Source of the DNA: Chara braunii
Lineage: Eukaryota; Plantae; Charophyceae
Direction: 5' to 3'
Assembly: GCA_003427395.1 (NCBI GenBank)
Contig: BFEA01000008.1
Location: forward strand, 7,729,112-7,793,111
Length of the DNA: 64,000 bases
Shown here: piece after piece, positions 1 through 12,699 of the stretch
Layout: every line of letters starts with the position of its first letter
Numbering within the stretch: the first letter of the stretch is position 1
Made by a program: the position numbers and the translations under genes
Notes under the pieces: generated by a model
What the model was told of the DNA's origin: nothing
Database searches by the model: none
Seen by the model: only the letters and a program-made list of their open reading frames with translations

Positions 1-202
1 CCGTCTTCCCGTGAGGTCCTTCTCCTCTCCCTTCCCTCCTACACACCTCTCCTCCTCTCCTCCTTTAGAATCTGCATAGTACGACAGTTGGGCCACTTAA
101 TAAGACTTCCAAATAACATAGTAGTCCAGGTAGTACCACACCCAAGTCCGATTAGTCAATAGTAGTGACTATAGGATTACACACAACCCGATCTACAGTG
201 CA

Positions 203-402
203 CCCAGGCAGCCACGCAGGCAGACAGGCAGACAAGCAAGCAGGCATGCTCGCAGGCAAGCCGGGTGGGAGGCACGTAGGTAGGCAGGCAGGCACACAGG
301 CTGGAGGGCAGGGCGGCAGGCAGGCAGGCAGGCAGGCAGGTAGGCAGGCAGGCAGGCAGGCAACCAGGCAGGCAGGCAGGTAGGCAGGCAGGCAGGTAGG
401 TC
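203..402. repeat. (GCAG)n degenerate tetranucleotide microsatellite
   Basis: Repeated GGCA/GCAG units; accounts for the low-complexity ORFs at 165-404. Confidence 0.9.
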
Positions 403-718
403 ACCCTTTTTAGGTTTTTTCCCTCCTTAAGTCTTTATTACCGGCACATTATCTGTTTTTTTATACATTTTTTTTTCCCTTTTTTGGCCCACTATCTTCT
501 TTTTATTTTTACAAGTGCATTTAAGTCTATTTAAGCAGTTCGTGTGATATTTGCCATTCAGTTGTTGTTTTTTTTGTGGCCGCACAAAATGATTGTTTCC
601 CCGTTTTTCAACAAAACCCTTCTATTGCTGCCCCGCTATTTATTTATTTATTCTTACAAATGAGTTTGAGTCCATGTGAGTAATTCGTCTGATATTTGCC
701 ATTCCTTTTTTGAAATTT

Positions 719-754
719 TGCGGGCATAGCCCGCACCGCGGGTGCTAAGCTAGT
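719..754 (+). mobile_element. Helitron-like 3' terminus #1
   Basis: Perfect GC-rich hairpin TGCGGGC-ATA-GCCCGCA (719-735), then CTAG at 750-753 followed by T; matches the Helitron hairpin+CTRR|T signature. Confidence 0.6.
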
Positions 755-931
755 TTCTTGTTATAATGGATGAATTATGGTAACTTTGCTTCTCTCACTT
801 GGATATGTGCATGCAGAGGGTCGTATTAGAGAGCTTGTTGTAGCATGATGGGGAGGATGACTGGCTGATCGACTGGACAATCTGGCTGCCTGGAGTGTCG
901 AACGAATGATGTATGATTAAGAAAATTTTTT

Positions 932-1750
932 GTGCTTGCTTTGGTTGCCATGTGGACTAACGACTCCAACCCGACCGGGTGCCAACTTCCCGTGCCCACG
1001 CCTCACCCCTTCCTGTACGAGGAAAGGATACGTGTATGCGAGTGGGACGTACGAGAAGCCGTCGCTAAGATCGGCAGACGCTACTACTTTCCTCCCGAAA
1101 CTCGGCGGTATGGGTTCGTCGGTGCAGGGTTTGTTATTGTTAATACGCACTTTCCGCCCTATTCGTTGTTATTGCGATTTAATGAGTTGATCATCGCCCC
1201 GTCGATGGCAGTGGAGCCTCATTGGCCTAACACTCTGCACAGCGATTGTCGCCGCTTCGAGCGTTACCGAACCAAGGGTTTCCACTACTACACACGTGGC
1301 GAGGACGAGCATAAGGATAGGGCTACTCGATTGAAGGCTTCCACGTCGGATTCAGAGTTGTGTAACGAGCGCCGATGAGACCTCATCCGTAAACGGGATA
1401 CCACGTGTCTACCCGCCCCCTTTCATGCGAAACGAAGAGCGACGACTCGCTGAGAAGTTCAACGATACGTTTTGGATTGAATTTCCCATAGTCGCGAGTC
1501 CCGCGCGCACCTTTTTTTCCCTTAAACCCACGCGGCGACGGACCTCCTTCTTACTAAAATCGGACCAACACAGGGGATTTCAGTTCTGTCTGCGTCCCCA
1601 CACTCAACTTTTCCAAAAATCCTTGGCACACCCCATCTTCGCTGTCCTCCCGGGGCCCTTCCGCGAATCAAAACGCTCCGACTGGGAAGCAGCGCAGGGC
1701 GTGAGGTTAGAGCGTCACACGTCCCCAAGGATGTCACGACGCCGAAAATC
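932..1750 (+). pseudogene. Disrupted ORF of an unrecognised protein family, copy 1
   Basis: ORFs 932-1378 and 1425-1883 align with the ORFs at 17836-18500 (VCEWDV/VCEWDI, VIVNTHFPPYSLLLRF/VIIETDFAPYRLVLSF, SFLL..HRGFQF/SFLL..HRRFQF). Confidence 0.6.
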
Positions 1751-2266
1751 CTACCCCTTAAGCAGCATTGGCCATGGGGGGAGGTCGATGGTCCGCTGGG
1801 CGCCAGATTGGCCGTGGGGGGAGGTCGATGGTCCGCTGGGCGCTGGATTTGGGGTCAAAGTTTTGAGAAGGGACGGCGGATGAAGGCGATCCAGGGCGGG
1901 GGAGTGTGCAGAGGGGCGTGCGTACCGAAATGTTCACAGCGCGCCATTAAACGAGCGAGCACGCCCACGGGGCCGGGCGTTGGTGGGCGTAGATGTGAGG
2001 GAATATCTTGAAGCCGCTGCCGTCGATAAGCGGGCGGCCTTTTTTGCTTTTAGCATTTTCGTTTCTGGCCTGTCGTTTCCCACTTTTCGTTTCGTGGTCG
2101 GCGTGTTGTTCGTCTTTTTTTTTTCTTATTTTTCCCGCTTTTTGTTTTTTCTTTTCTTTTTGTTTCCCAGTGGGTGTGTCGTTTTGTCGTTTCGTTTTTT
2201 CTTTTCTTTTTGTTTCCTGGTGGGCGTGTCGTTTCCCGGTGGGCATGTTGTTTCCCACTTTTTGGT

Positions 2267-2300
2267 TGCGGGCGTAGGCCGCACCCCCCTCTAAGCTAGT
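2267..2300 (+). mobile_element. Helitron-like 3' terminus #2
   Basis: Hairpin TGCGGGCGTAGGCCGCA, then CTAAGCTAG|T (CTAG at 2296-2299); homologous to 719-754. Confidence 0.6.
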
Positions 2301-2384
2301 TTCCCTTACGAACCACAAGGAAAATTCCTTGTGGTTCAAGGAACTCGGAAGGAGTGTCTAAAGATGCCCTGTTTTCTTATTCTG

Positions 2385-2700
2385 CCATCCGTCACTGTGA
2401 GGAAAGGCTGCATTGTGAGCAGATTGGGGACAAGATTCCTTTTTGTTCCAACTTTTGTCCATGAAGGGTCTTGGCAGGCACCTGTGCAGGATCTGGCACT
2501 GAAGAGTGTGGTGGGAGGTGGCCATGCTAACAGACTGTGTTCCGAGTCTGCAATCCGTTGCTGTGAGGAAAGGCTGCAGTATGAGCAGATCGGAGACAGG
2601 ATTCCTTTCTGTTCCAACATTTGTCCATGAAACGATCCACCCTGGTGTTGGCAGGCACTATGCAGGATCTGCCACTGAAGAGTGCTGTGGGAGGTGGCCG
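2385..2700. repeat. Diverged tandem duplication, unit about 165 bp
   Basis: ctgtgaggaaaggctgca...gttccaac...ttggcaggcac...tgggaggtggcc occurs twice. Confidence 0.8.
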
Positions 2701-3575
2701 GTGACCATATGCCATACAGGACATGCCATTGAGATCCGTGTCATCTAGTGGGGGTAGTCCCATCTCCACCTTTTTTGTAGGTCAGTAACTATCTGGTGCG
2801 TTACAGGTAAGGATCATCCTTCGGTGGTCCAAGGGAGGACTCGTGAAATTGTGCAGTACAGGGTGAAGTGAAGGCTGGTGGGACGACGCTTTTCTTGAGG
2901 CCTCACGAAATCCTCTTTCTGACACCTCACCTCGCGAAAGTGTTTCCGGGCCAGACTTTCGTGAGGCTGTATGGTGGCGGCTGGACTCGCGAAACCCTCT
3001 TTTCGTGCGTGACGTAACGAGGCCCAAAAACGAAAGAATTCTCAGGACGGCGGCTTCGTTTTAGCCACATTCTGTTCTGTGCCCCGCCGAGGGGCTTCTC
3101 CGCCGCCCAAAAGCGAAGCTGGGTAATGGTTCCAGTATGCTCGTGCCCTTTTTTTTTTTCTTCATGCTTTTTTTGTTCTTTCGTGCTCTTACGAACCTCG
3201 CTGCAATTGATTTGCAGCGGTAGAGCGGCGAGGAAGACGCGCACGACGACGAATGTGGCCGTCCTCGTTCAGGGCCTCGCCACATCACTGACGACACGAA
3301 ATGTGAAACAGACAAAAATGTGGCGGGTAAGTTCATACTCACATTTTGCACATTTTTCGAGAGTGGTGTGTGGTGTGGCGATGCCGTCATTCCTTGGACC
3401 GCCGCGCCAAAGGGCGTCGTTGCTCCTTGCCAAAACAGAAACCGAAAATTTAAAAAGAACAGACAGACTTTTAAGTAGGGATAAGTAAGTAGGGATAGGG
3501 ATGTGGAGTAACGGTCTACAGCCGTAGATTCAGGTAATCGACGGCGTTGGCTTTGAATCTGTCTGTTCGCACAAA

Positions 3576-3582
3576 TATATAA
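3576..3582 (+). promoter_or_regulatory. Possible TATA box of the AHL gene, implying a long and probably intron-containing 5' UTR
   Basis: TATATAA followed by GC/pyrimidine-rich sequence; GTGAGT donor-like site near 3930; position upstream of the CDS. Inference only. Confidence 0.3.
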
Positions 3583-4367
3583 GCCCCTGCAACAGCTTCG
3601 TACGTTCCCCCTCCCCCCCCCTTTTCCCCCTCCCGGCTCCCTGCTTAAAGAAAAGCCGTCGTGAGGGATGGGCGGGGACACGAGAGCTGGCGCACGTGCA
3701 TTCCTGGCGATACTTCGTGCCCGTGCAAGCTGCGTGGACACGAACCATCCTCTCCTCGGCACCGCGGACGCATCCAAGCGCGCTCTCCTCTCTCTCGCTT
3801 CTCGACGTCGTCGCCTTTTCTCCGCTGTCCATACCCGCTTATAGCAGAAAATCAGTCTTCGTCACTTCTCTTCAAGTGGGTTACCGTAGTTTGTGCTACC
3901 TTCGTTCTGGATGCTGATCGCACCGCGCGGTGAGTGATTCAATGATCCATCGATCGGCGAGCGAGCTGTACCGTGCGGTGCCAGGGTCGAGGAGTTACTG
4001 ATTGGCTGTCGGGCGGAGCAGGTCGAAGAAGAGCTTCTACGGGCGATCGACTGCATTTGCGTGAGTACTTTCCGTGGAAGACAGTCTGTCTGTCTCTGGG
4101 TGTCGTCGCTGCGTTGAGCAAACCGCCTTTCGCGCTCTCATTGTCCCGTCGTCGCGATCAAGCTGCGCTGAGTGTTGTGATCATTGTAGTCGTTGATTTG
4201 CCGGGTGCGATCTCTGCAATCGACCGTGGGCTTACGAGTTTTGATGCTAGGTGAACGGCGATGAAAAGGAGGTGGCTTCCGCGCACGTATGCCCTCGTCA
4301 AGCAGGTCACCGTCGAAGAAAAGCAGCGAAAGGAGCCCAGTTGTTGAGTGGTTGTTCCGACAACCAG

Positions 4368-4375
4368 CACACACA

Positions 4376-4459
<84 letters not shown>

Positions 4460-4460
4460 N

Positions 4461-4543
<83 letters not shown>

Positions 4544-4627
4544 TGCTGAGAACGACGCAGATGCAGGCCTTGTAAGGGTACCAAGAGTTGCATCTCCCAG
4601 TGTTTCGTACTTGAGCCGTGTTGCTGG

Positions 4628-4716
<89 letters not shown>
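4368..4716. repeat. Two compound (CA)n(GA)n microsatellites
   Basis: Seen directly. Confidence 0.95.
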
Positions 4717-4725
<9 letters not shown>

Positions 4726-5286
4726 AGATGGATAGGCAGTTGGGAAAGTAGGAGAAAGGATCTCATCAGTCGGTGTGAGGCGGGGCGGTGAGAATGTCTC
4801 TTCTCTCGGACAGATATTGATCTTCTTCGACTAACATGTGCTGAGCGAATTGAATGAGTCGGGGTGTTGACTCAGGGTGTCATTACGTTGCGCCTTGACT
4901 GATACATGGCCTCGTCTTCATTTTTCGCGTTATCCTTATCCATGTTCTCACGCTCCTCGTCTTCTTTCACGCCTAGTTCTATCTGATGTATTGATCGTCA
5001 TCGATCGGTCTCTCCCTCCGACAATGGGCGTCGCTGCCTCCGTCTGACTCGTCCCTTGGGAAGAGTGGTAAAGGCGGTTGATCGGTCTATCCCTCCGACA
5101 AATGGGCGTCGTCGCTGCCTCCGTTTAACTCTTCTCCTCGGGAAGAGCGGGAAAGGCGGAGGCAGGTGGTTGGAGGGAAGGATGAAGATCATCCTTTCCC
5201 GTTCTGGAAACTGTGTCTGCTCGCCTGGTTGCGCACTCCGGTCGGCGCCCACAGAGGCTGCGTCGTCTGCCGCGAACGGTTCCGCC

Positions 5287-7089
5287 ATGGCGCCGCAAGT
5301 CCCGACTGTGACCTGCTCCCTGACCCGCGCGCCAACCTTTCCCTTTCCCTTGTCCGCGCCGTGTCCTGGCGGCGCCACCCCTGCTCTCAGTGGTCAGAAA
5401 AGTAACTACTGTCAGTACTGCCATTGGCATTCTCCTGTTCCCGATGGCCACGTGGCGGCTGCGCCTCAGTCGTCGTCCGCACCTTCGTGGGAGGCGGGAT
5501 ACGCGGCATCATCCGCCAAGTCACATGTGCTTTCGGAGCGCACGGCGAGCAACTTCATCAGCAGACGAGTTAATGAGCGGGATGCGGGGGATGCTGACGT
5601 GGCATGCCTGGCCACGCGGCGCGCGCAATGGCCGGATTCCCGCCGACTGTGTCGGCGCGCTGCATCGGCGAGAGAGGGGATGGAGTCGGAGGAGAATCGA
5701 TCGCCCGCGTGCGCCGTCGGATCGCAAGCGCACTTTCCATTGCGCGCCACGCTGTCGGAGGCGCTGGCATTGGACCCGGGGATGGAGATGCGAGATCACC
5801 CGGGTGCCGATCGCAACCAGCAGCATCCGGCTGCCGACCTTGGCGTCGCGCGGCGCGTGATCAAGGAGGCCAGCGGGTTCCTCTACTCGGACGACCGTCC
5901 TGCGACCACGTTTTACAGAGTTCCTTCGTCCGACCGGTCGTCCTCCTCCTCCAAGTACCGCGAGGAACTGGAGGTGGCCATGAAAGCCGTGCACCTCGCC
6001 AGTCAATTGACAGAGCGAGTGCAGGAGCGACTGATTCGAGAGGAAGAGAAGGCTCGGACGAAGGAGGACCGGTCGCTCGTTACGGTCGCCGATTACGGCG
6101 TTCAAGCGGTCATTGCCTGGGTCTTGACTACGGCTTTCCCTAACGACACCATCCAGATGATCGCTGAAGAAGACATGGCCTCCTTGAAAGGTCGCCCTGG
6201 AGTGGGCATCCTTCAGCGGGTCGTCGCGGCCGTCAACGAATGTCTAGCCGATGCAGAGAGCGTTGGGTACCAGAGACCTAGTCATCCTCTTGCCACAGTG
6301 GACGTTCTCAAGGCCATTGGGAAGGGCAGCTCGGACGGAGGGCCCAAGGGGAGGTACTGGGTATTAGACCCTGTCGATGGGACCCTGGGGTTCGTCAGAG
6401 GCGACCAATACGCAATCGCGCTGGCGATGATCGAAGATGGGGAGGTGAAGCTGGGCGTACTCGGCTGTCCGAATCTGCCAATGAGAAGGAAGTGGCTAGA
6501 TTACCATCACAGGTACTACAGGATGGCGACGAAGATGTTTCCGCCGGTGGCAGGGACATGGCACAAGGGGTGTGTGATAGGAGCGAGGAGAGGGGGAGGG
6601 GGGCCGTCGATGGAGCCGCTCGTGGGCAGGAAGGGAAGGTTTACGCTGGAGGAGGCAAAGAAGATGGGCAGGGTAATTAACGTCTCGCAGGCGGATGACC
6701 CGAAGGATGCTACGTTCTGCGAGCCCGTCGAAAAGAGGAACACGTCTCACTCCTTGACGGCGGGTGTTGCGAGCTCTCTGGGGATGACAAATCAGCCGCT
6801 GCGAGTATACAGCATGGCGAAGTACGCGACCATCGCCCGCGGAAATGCCGAGATCTTCATGAAATTTGCAAATGCATCTTACAAGGAGAAGGTATGGGAC
6901 CACGCAGCCGGGGTGGTGATCGTGGAGGAGGCAGGAGGGGTGGTGACAGACGCTGGGGGAAAGCCCCTGGACTTCTCCAAAGGAAGGCATCTCGAAGGCC
7001 TAGACCGGGGTATAATTGCCAGCTGTGGCGCAGAGCTGCACACCAAGATCTTGGCCGCCGTTGATGCCAGTTGGGATTCCTCCCGCTTG

Positions 7090-7092
<3 letters not shown>
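5287..7092 (+). CDS. AHL: 3'(2'),5'-bisphosphate nucleotidase / PAP phosphatase, HAL2-like (inositol monophosphatase superfamily), with a long N-terminal extension (possible transit peptide)
   Basis: Uninterrupted ORF with motifs DRSLVTVADYGVQ, AEED, WVLDPVDGTLGFVRGDQYAIALA, LGCPNLP, SMAKY and EKVWDHAAG. The insert RRKWLDYHHRYYR..WHKGCV resembles plant AHL more than SAL1. Start uncertain: in-frame ATGs at 5182, 5287 (gccATGg context) and 5680. Confidence 0.88.
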
Positions 7093-7139
<47 letters not shown>

Positions 7140-7190
7140 CGCTCGCTCGCTTTTCCATGCTCTGCTGTCCTTGGAAACAGAGACAAGAAA

Positions 7191-7356
7191 GAAGGATATG
7201 TAGAAGGTCTAGACAAAGGTCTGATTGCCAGCTGGGGCGTAGAATTGCGCGCCAGGACGTTGGCCGTGACGGGTTTCACTTGGGATTCCTCGCGGTTGTA
7301 ATCTCTCTCTCTCTCTCTCTCTCTCGTACATGCTCTGTTTCGGCGAGGAAACAGAG
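7191..7356 (+). pseudogene. Diverged tandem copy of the AHL 3' end (last ~36 codons, stop, (CT)n)
   Basis: EGYVEGLDKGLIASWGVELRARTLAVTGFTWDSSRL* versus KGRHLEGLDRGIIASCGAELHTKILAAVDASWDSSRL*. Confidence 0.85.
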
Positions 7357-8179
7357 AATGTTGTAAAGATTTAGTGGTTGTTGCTTTTGAATAGTTAATC
7401 GGAGGATTTAATTTTTTTTGTTATTGTTTCTTTAGATCATTTCTCAAATGTCCACGTCCACATCAGATCTAAAGTTTTGCAGCTCTTCGGTCGCGTTATG
7501 TATAGTTTTCAGTTGCGCAATTTGTCGTGGTTTTCTTATTAGTTCGTCTGGATGTCTTTCCGGGTAAAAATGGCCGCGTCTATTTTCATGAATTTTGGTT
7601 AGCGTTGGAGCAATTTTTATCAATTTCGTCTTTTGTGACGCCACGCTCTTTTGCGGCTTCTGACTGTAGACCATGTTTTCCTTTTTTTTTTTTTTAATAA
7701 TAAAAGGAGCAGTGCCTTGTAGGAGGAAGGCAGGGGAAGTACGACTACCCGCCCGACAACTGCAGTGTGGTTGAATCCGAATTGGCGTGACGCGGGGGGA
7801 AAGGATGAGCGTGAGGTGACATTCATTCTTTTTTATGTGCTTTAATCACATGCATCCTTTCGCTTATGTTAATCACACTCCTCCTTGTGCCTATTTTTAT
7901 CACATTCATCCTTTTGACCAACTAACTCCCATTCATCGTTCTTAGCTATTGCCTGACGTTCATCCTTTTTCACCTCTTGGTCGATCTACTGTGTAGAATA
8001 GATGATCGACGGGAAGACATTGAGTAAGTATCATTGTCTGCTTTTCGAGTAACGTCACAGGCTCACTCCTCTTAGCGTGCTGTCCCGACCCTCAATGCTG
8101 GATATGATATTCTGTCCACGATGGGCTGCCAGGTTGTTAAAGGTGATGGCGATGCGGGGTTCCTGTCTTCCTGCCTGCC

Positions 8180-8520
8180 CATGATGATGATGATGATGAT
8201 GCTGATGCGATTGATGATGATGACGACTACACGTATCCCGGTTGATCTTTTGTCGGAGGAAGAAGATGTCGATGCGATGATGAGGATGAGGAGGATGAGG
8301 AGGATGACGAGGAGGATGAGAACGATGATGACGATGATGACAATGATGATGAGAATGACGATGATGATGAGAATGATGACGGTAATCATATCAATGAGGA
8401 TGACAATGGTGATGATGACGACTCATCTCGTTTGATCTTTTGTCGGAGGAAGAAGATGTCGATGCGATGATGACGATGATGATGATGATGATGATGAACA
8501 TCATCCTCATCATCATCATG
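8180..8520. repeat. (GAT)n-rich degenerate microsatellite with internal duplication
   Basis: GAT/GAC/GAG runs; ttgatcttttgtcggaggaagaagatgtcgatgcgatg occurs twice. Confidence 0.9.
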
Positions 8521-8619
8521 AGAACATGTATCCAGGTCGATCGTTAATCAGAGGAGGATTAGCTTAGCAGGGAGAAAAGAAAGCGACATGCAGTATATTG
8601 GCAAAGGCTAGTGAATGTG

Positions 8620-8902
8620 TAATCGTAGCCGATGGATGTTTAATGGATGTAAAGTGGCAGCCGATGGATGTGTGATTGATGGGAGCCAAGAGGTGGACGG
8701 GCACGTTTTGCACTCGTTTTTTCAGAGAGGGTGATGATCTTGTGATGTCAGACCACTGGGTAGGTGGGTATCATTCGCAGCAAAGCCTATGGATTTCTAG
8801 TGTAATGGATGGGGTACTCGTAGCCGATGGATGTGTAATTTCAGCCGATGGATGTGTGATGGATATGTCGTCGCAGCCGATTGATATGTAATCGCAGCCG
8901 AG
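8620..8902. repeat. Short dispersed repeats (g/t)agccgatggatgtg
   Basis: About 6 copies. Confidence 0.7.
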
Positions 8903-9315
8903 GTTCTGCGCTCTGCAAGAAAGCATCTCGGCCGTTGATTCGCCAGAAGGACAGTGTACAAACTGTGGGATGGTGGGAGGGACGGGAGGTCGTCGTTTGT
9001 ATATGTTTATCAGAATGGATGAGGTAGGAGAAGTGTGTCAGGAAGAGGACAGGATGGATAAGTGAGGACAGAGCATGACAAGATGGAATCAGCTAGAACA
9101 GGAGAGGGGGAGGGGGGAAAAAAGGAGAGGGTGATAAAAAGAGGGGAGAAGTGGAGGATATGGGATGAATGATAATACAGAGAAAGGAGAGGGAAAGAGC
9201 AAGGTACGATAGCGAAAGCAGGTCAATGATGAGACGAGAAAGCTGTCGAGATATGACATGATCGGAGAAAGGGAAGAAGAGGAGAACCTGGAAGGAAGGA
9301 GAGAATGTAAATCTG

Positions 9316-9317
<2 letters not shown>

Positions 9318-9389
<72 letters not shown>

Positions 9390-9531
9390 AAGTGCATACG
9401 CGTAGGCAAAGACACTTGACAGAGTAGAAGATGACAATGGGCATGCTGCATTGGCGAACACTGTGGGATAGGACAAAGGGAAGAAGCAGAGAAAACCTGA
9501 GAGGAAGGGGATAATGTACATATGCAGAGGG

Positions 9532-9591
<60 letters not shown>

Positions 9592-9665
9592 TATGCACGT
9601 GCATAAGAGGAGGAAAAGATATGAGAGGGTTATGCACGTGCATAAGAGGAGGAAAAGATATGCTG

Positions 9666-9705
<40 letters not shown>

Positions 9706-10236
9706 ATGTGCAAAAGAGGAGGAAAAGATATGCTGGTTCTGTCCCGTTTTTCTGCTGTCGATCTTCTCTCGCTCCCGGGTACTCTTCTCTCATTTCATCT
9801 CTTTAATTGTTGTGAGCATTCCAAGCTCTGATATCCAACACCGAGTGACTGTCATTTCTCCCCCGGAAAGGATTTGCAATTCGAGCAACTACGAGCAAGC
9901 GCCTGGAAGGCATTGCTGAAACAGCTTTACATCGTGCTACGGGCACACATTTTTTTCAGTTGCAGTTTGTGTTCCGCCCGCCAATCTTGGGCAGACAAAG
10001 CAACGATTAAGATACGCGGTCCCAGCTGTCTTCAGCCCCGTCATGTTCATGAGTCTTTTTCTTAGCACAGGCAGGAGCATCTACTTCAGGAGTTGAAACT
10101 TCTGATTTATTCAGGTTGGAAAATCAAATTGCCCACAAATCAAGTGAAATTTCTCATCTTTTTGCACGCGAAGAGGGTGATGAGAACTTCAACGGTAAAC
10201 TGTCACGTCAACATCTCCAGGCTATCCCATTTACCA

Positions 10237-10320
<84 letters not shown>

Positions 10321-10321
10321 N

Positions 10322-10394
<73 letters not shown>
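9318..10394. repeat. Cluster of (GA)n/(CT)n microsatellites and a 39-bp tandem duplication
   Basis: Seen directly. Confidence 0.9.
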
Positions 10395-10398
<4 letters not shown>

Positions 10399-11534
10399 TG
10401 CAGACGCACACAAAACTCGGCACAAAACTCGGCACAAAACTCGGCACAAAACTCGGATTTTTATCAATATGTACCGGTGTGCATTTGTTAGTATGCCTTT
10501 TGCCTGTTTTCATACCTGTCACTCGTGCAGGAGTGTGACATTGAGGGTGTTCTTGCACCATGTGAATAAATGGTGACTGTATTTTTGGCGGATGTATCGG
10601 GGATCGGGGAATTTATATGTGGAATCGGGGAACTTCTATGTGGAACTGCACTCGCCATTTTCACGTTTCGTGACCAGTATCAGGAAGCCCTCGATCTGCT
10701 TCCCTGCCCTGGATGAACTGCATCTAGCATATGAAGATAGAAAGCATGGACATATGACGCCGCCTTCGGTCTACGAGGTGAGATAAAGGTATAGCCTAAC
10801 CTCTAGTGAAAACTAGAGATGATTGGAAAGGCCAATCAAACTCGGAGATAGCTGGTTTTCCGCGAAATCTATTGAGGTAGAACGNGTGATCTTCATCGCA
10901 AGAGGTAGAGCACTCGATGGGCTAGGGTGGCCCAAAGCTTGACCAACCCCAAGGAAACTCTGAATACTTGCAACTGAGCATCGCGCAGACAGACTTTGGG
11001 TGCTAAGATCCAAAGTCAAAAAGGAAACAGCCCAGATTGTAAAGCAATCACTTAAAAAGTATTGTCCGTGATATATTTGAGCGGAAACGAGAAATGGAGG
11101 TGGAGCGGCAACATTGGGCGAATAGTAGACTGAGGGTGTACTCACATGGGGACCTGAAGTCACAAATATATGGGGCGTTTGGCACCATGTGACACACGAG
11201 TTCTGTGTCCACAAAGGGCAGAGTTGACATTTGTGCCTCACAGAATTGCACATAGTCACAGTGGTTACACCCATTCTGTGTCCACAAAGGGCAGAGTTGA
11301 CATTTGTGCCTCACAGAACTGCACATAGTCACACTGGTTACACCCACAAATATATAGAGTTTTTTTTTTTTTTTTTTTCTTTGGTCGAATGCTGAAATAA
11401 CACGCACGGGTGTTTGGCTCATGCACAAATTTCTTGAAATACCTCACAGGAAGAATGGAGGGCCTCGTGTAACCTGTTCCCTGACGAAGGGGACTGGTAG
11501 GTAAGGGCATCCATCTACTGTAGGGCCTCCTTAA

Positions 11535-11938
11535 ACCACCAGTACCTCGCTCAGCTATAGAGNNNNNNNNNNNNNNNNNNNNNNNNNNNNNNNNNNNNNN
11601 NNNNNNNNNNNNNNNNNNNNNNNNNNNNNNNNNNNNNNNNNNNNNNNNNNNNNNNNNNNNNNNNNNNNNNNNNNNNNNNNNNNNNNNNNNNNNNNNNNNN
11701 NNNNNNNNNNNNNNNNNNNNNNNNNNNNNNNNNNNNNNNNNNNNNNNNNNNNNNNNNNNNNNNNNNNNNNNNNNNNNNNNNNNNNNNNNNNNNNNNNNNN
11801 NNNNNNNNNNNNNNNNNNNNNNNNNNNNNNNNNNNNNNNNNNNNNNNNNNNNNNNNNNNNNNNNNNNNNNNNNNCCCTCTCTCTCTCTCTCTCAGACGCG
11901 GATGAATCTTCCGCGATAATGCGGAAGATTCATCCGCG

Positions 11939-11978
<40 letters not shown>

Positions 11979-12106
11979 GGCCTCGATGCACTACTCTCCA
12001 AAAGTGCAAAATGAGAACGAGTCTTCTGCAAGAACATGGAAAGATTTATGCATGTGAAGAGTCGTGCAGGGACTCGCAATGTGAATGTTGTCTCTCTCTC
12101 TCTCTT

Positions 12107-12165
<59 letters not shown>

Positions 12166-12197
12166 AACTTGGATGAATCTTCCGCGTTATCGCCCCA

Positions 12198-12259
<62 letters not shown>

Positions 12260-12314
12260 GGAGGGCGTCAGGGAGCATCTGACGCAGCAAACTCGGCGTC
12301 AGGCACTCCCTGAC

Positions 12315-12372
<58 letters not shown>

Positions 12373-12429
12373 CCCCCGTTTTCCCCCGCCTCGCCCGTTT
12401 TTTTGTATTTCTTTGTTTGTTCTCGTTTC

Positions 12430-12461
<32 letters not shown>

Positions 12462-12575
12462 CGTTTTTGATTCCGAGTTTTGGGCGGTACCCGTCGTTGC
12501 AAGGTGGGTGCCCCTCCCGACGCGGCGCGTATACGGGAAGCGCCGCGTCCGATAGCTGGGCGAGGTACTGGTGGT
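11535..12575. mobile_element. Non-autonomous TIR element flanked by TTAA
   Basis: TTAA|ACCACCAGTACCTCGCTCAGCTAT ... ATAGCTGGGCGAGGTACTGGTGGT|TTAA (24-bp TIR, 1 mismatch); contains a gap and microsatellites. Confidence 0.8.
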
Positions 12576-12699
12576 TTAACAACATATCGAGGATTAAAGC
12601 CAACCGCCACCAGAAAATTAGATGAAATTACTTTTGAACGCAAAATTGAACCACCAGAAATCAATATGGGTTTCTCCTCCTTTTCTGACAGCCACTGGG

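Noticed and set aside
4138-4751. ORFs rich in ER/SL/HT/CV dipeptides here and at 9-12, 24-25, 28-29, 36, 44 and 62 kb
   Set aside because: Translations of microsatellites and N gaps
8620-8902. Spaced short repeats as a CRISPR-like array
   Set aside because: Irregular spacing, degenerate units, eukaryotic context, no cas genes
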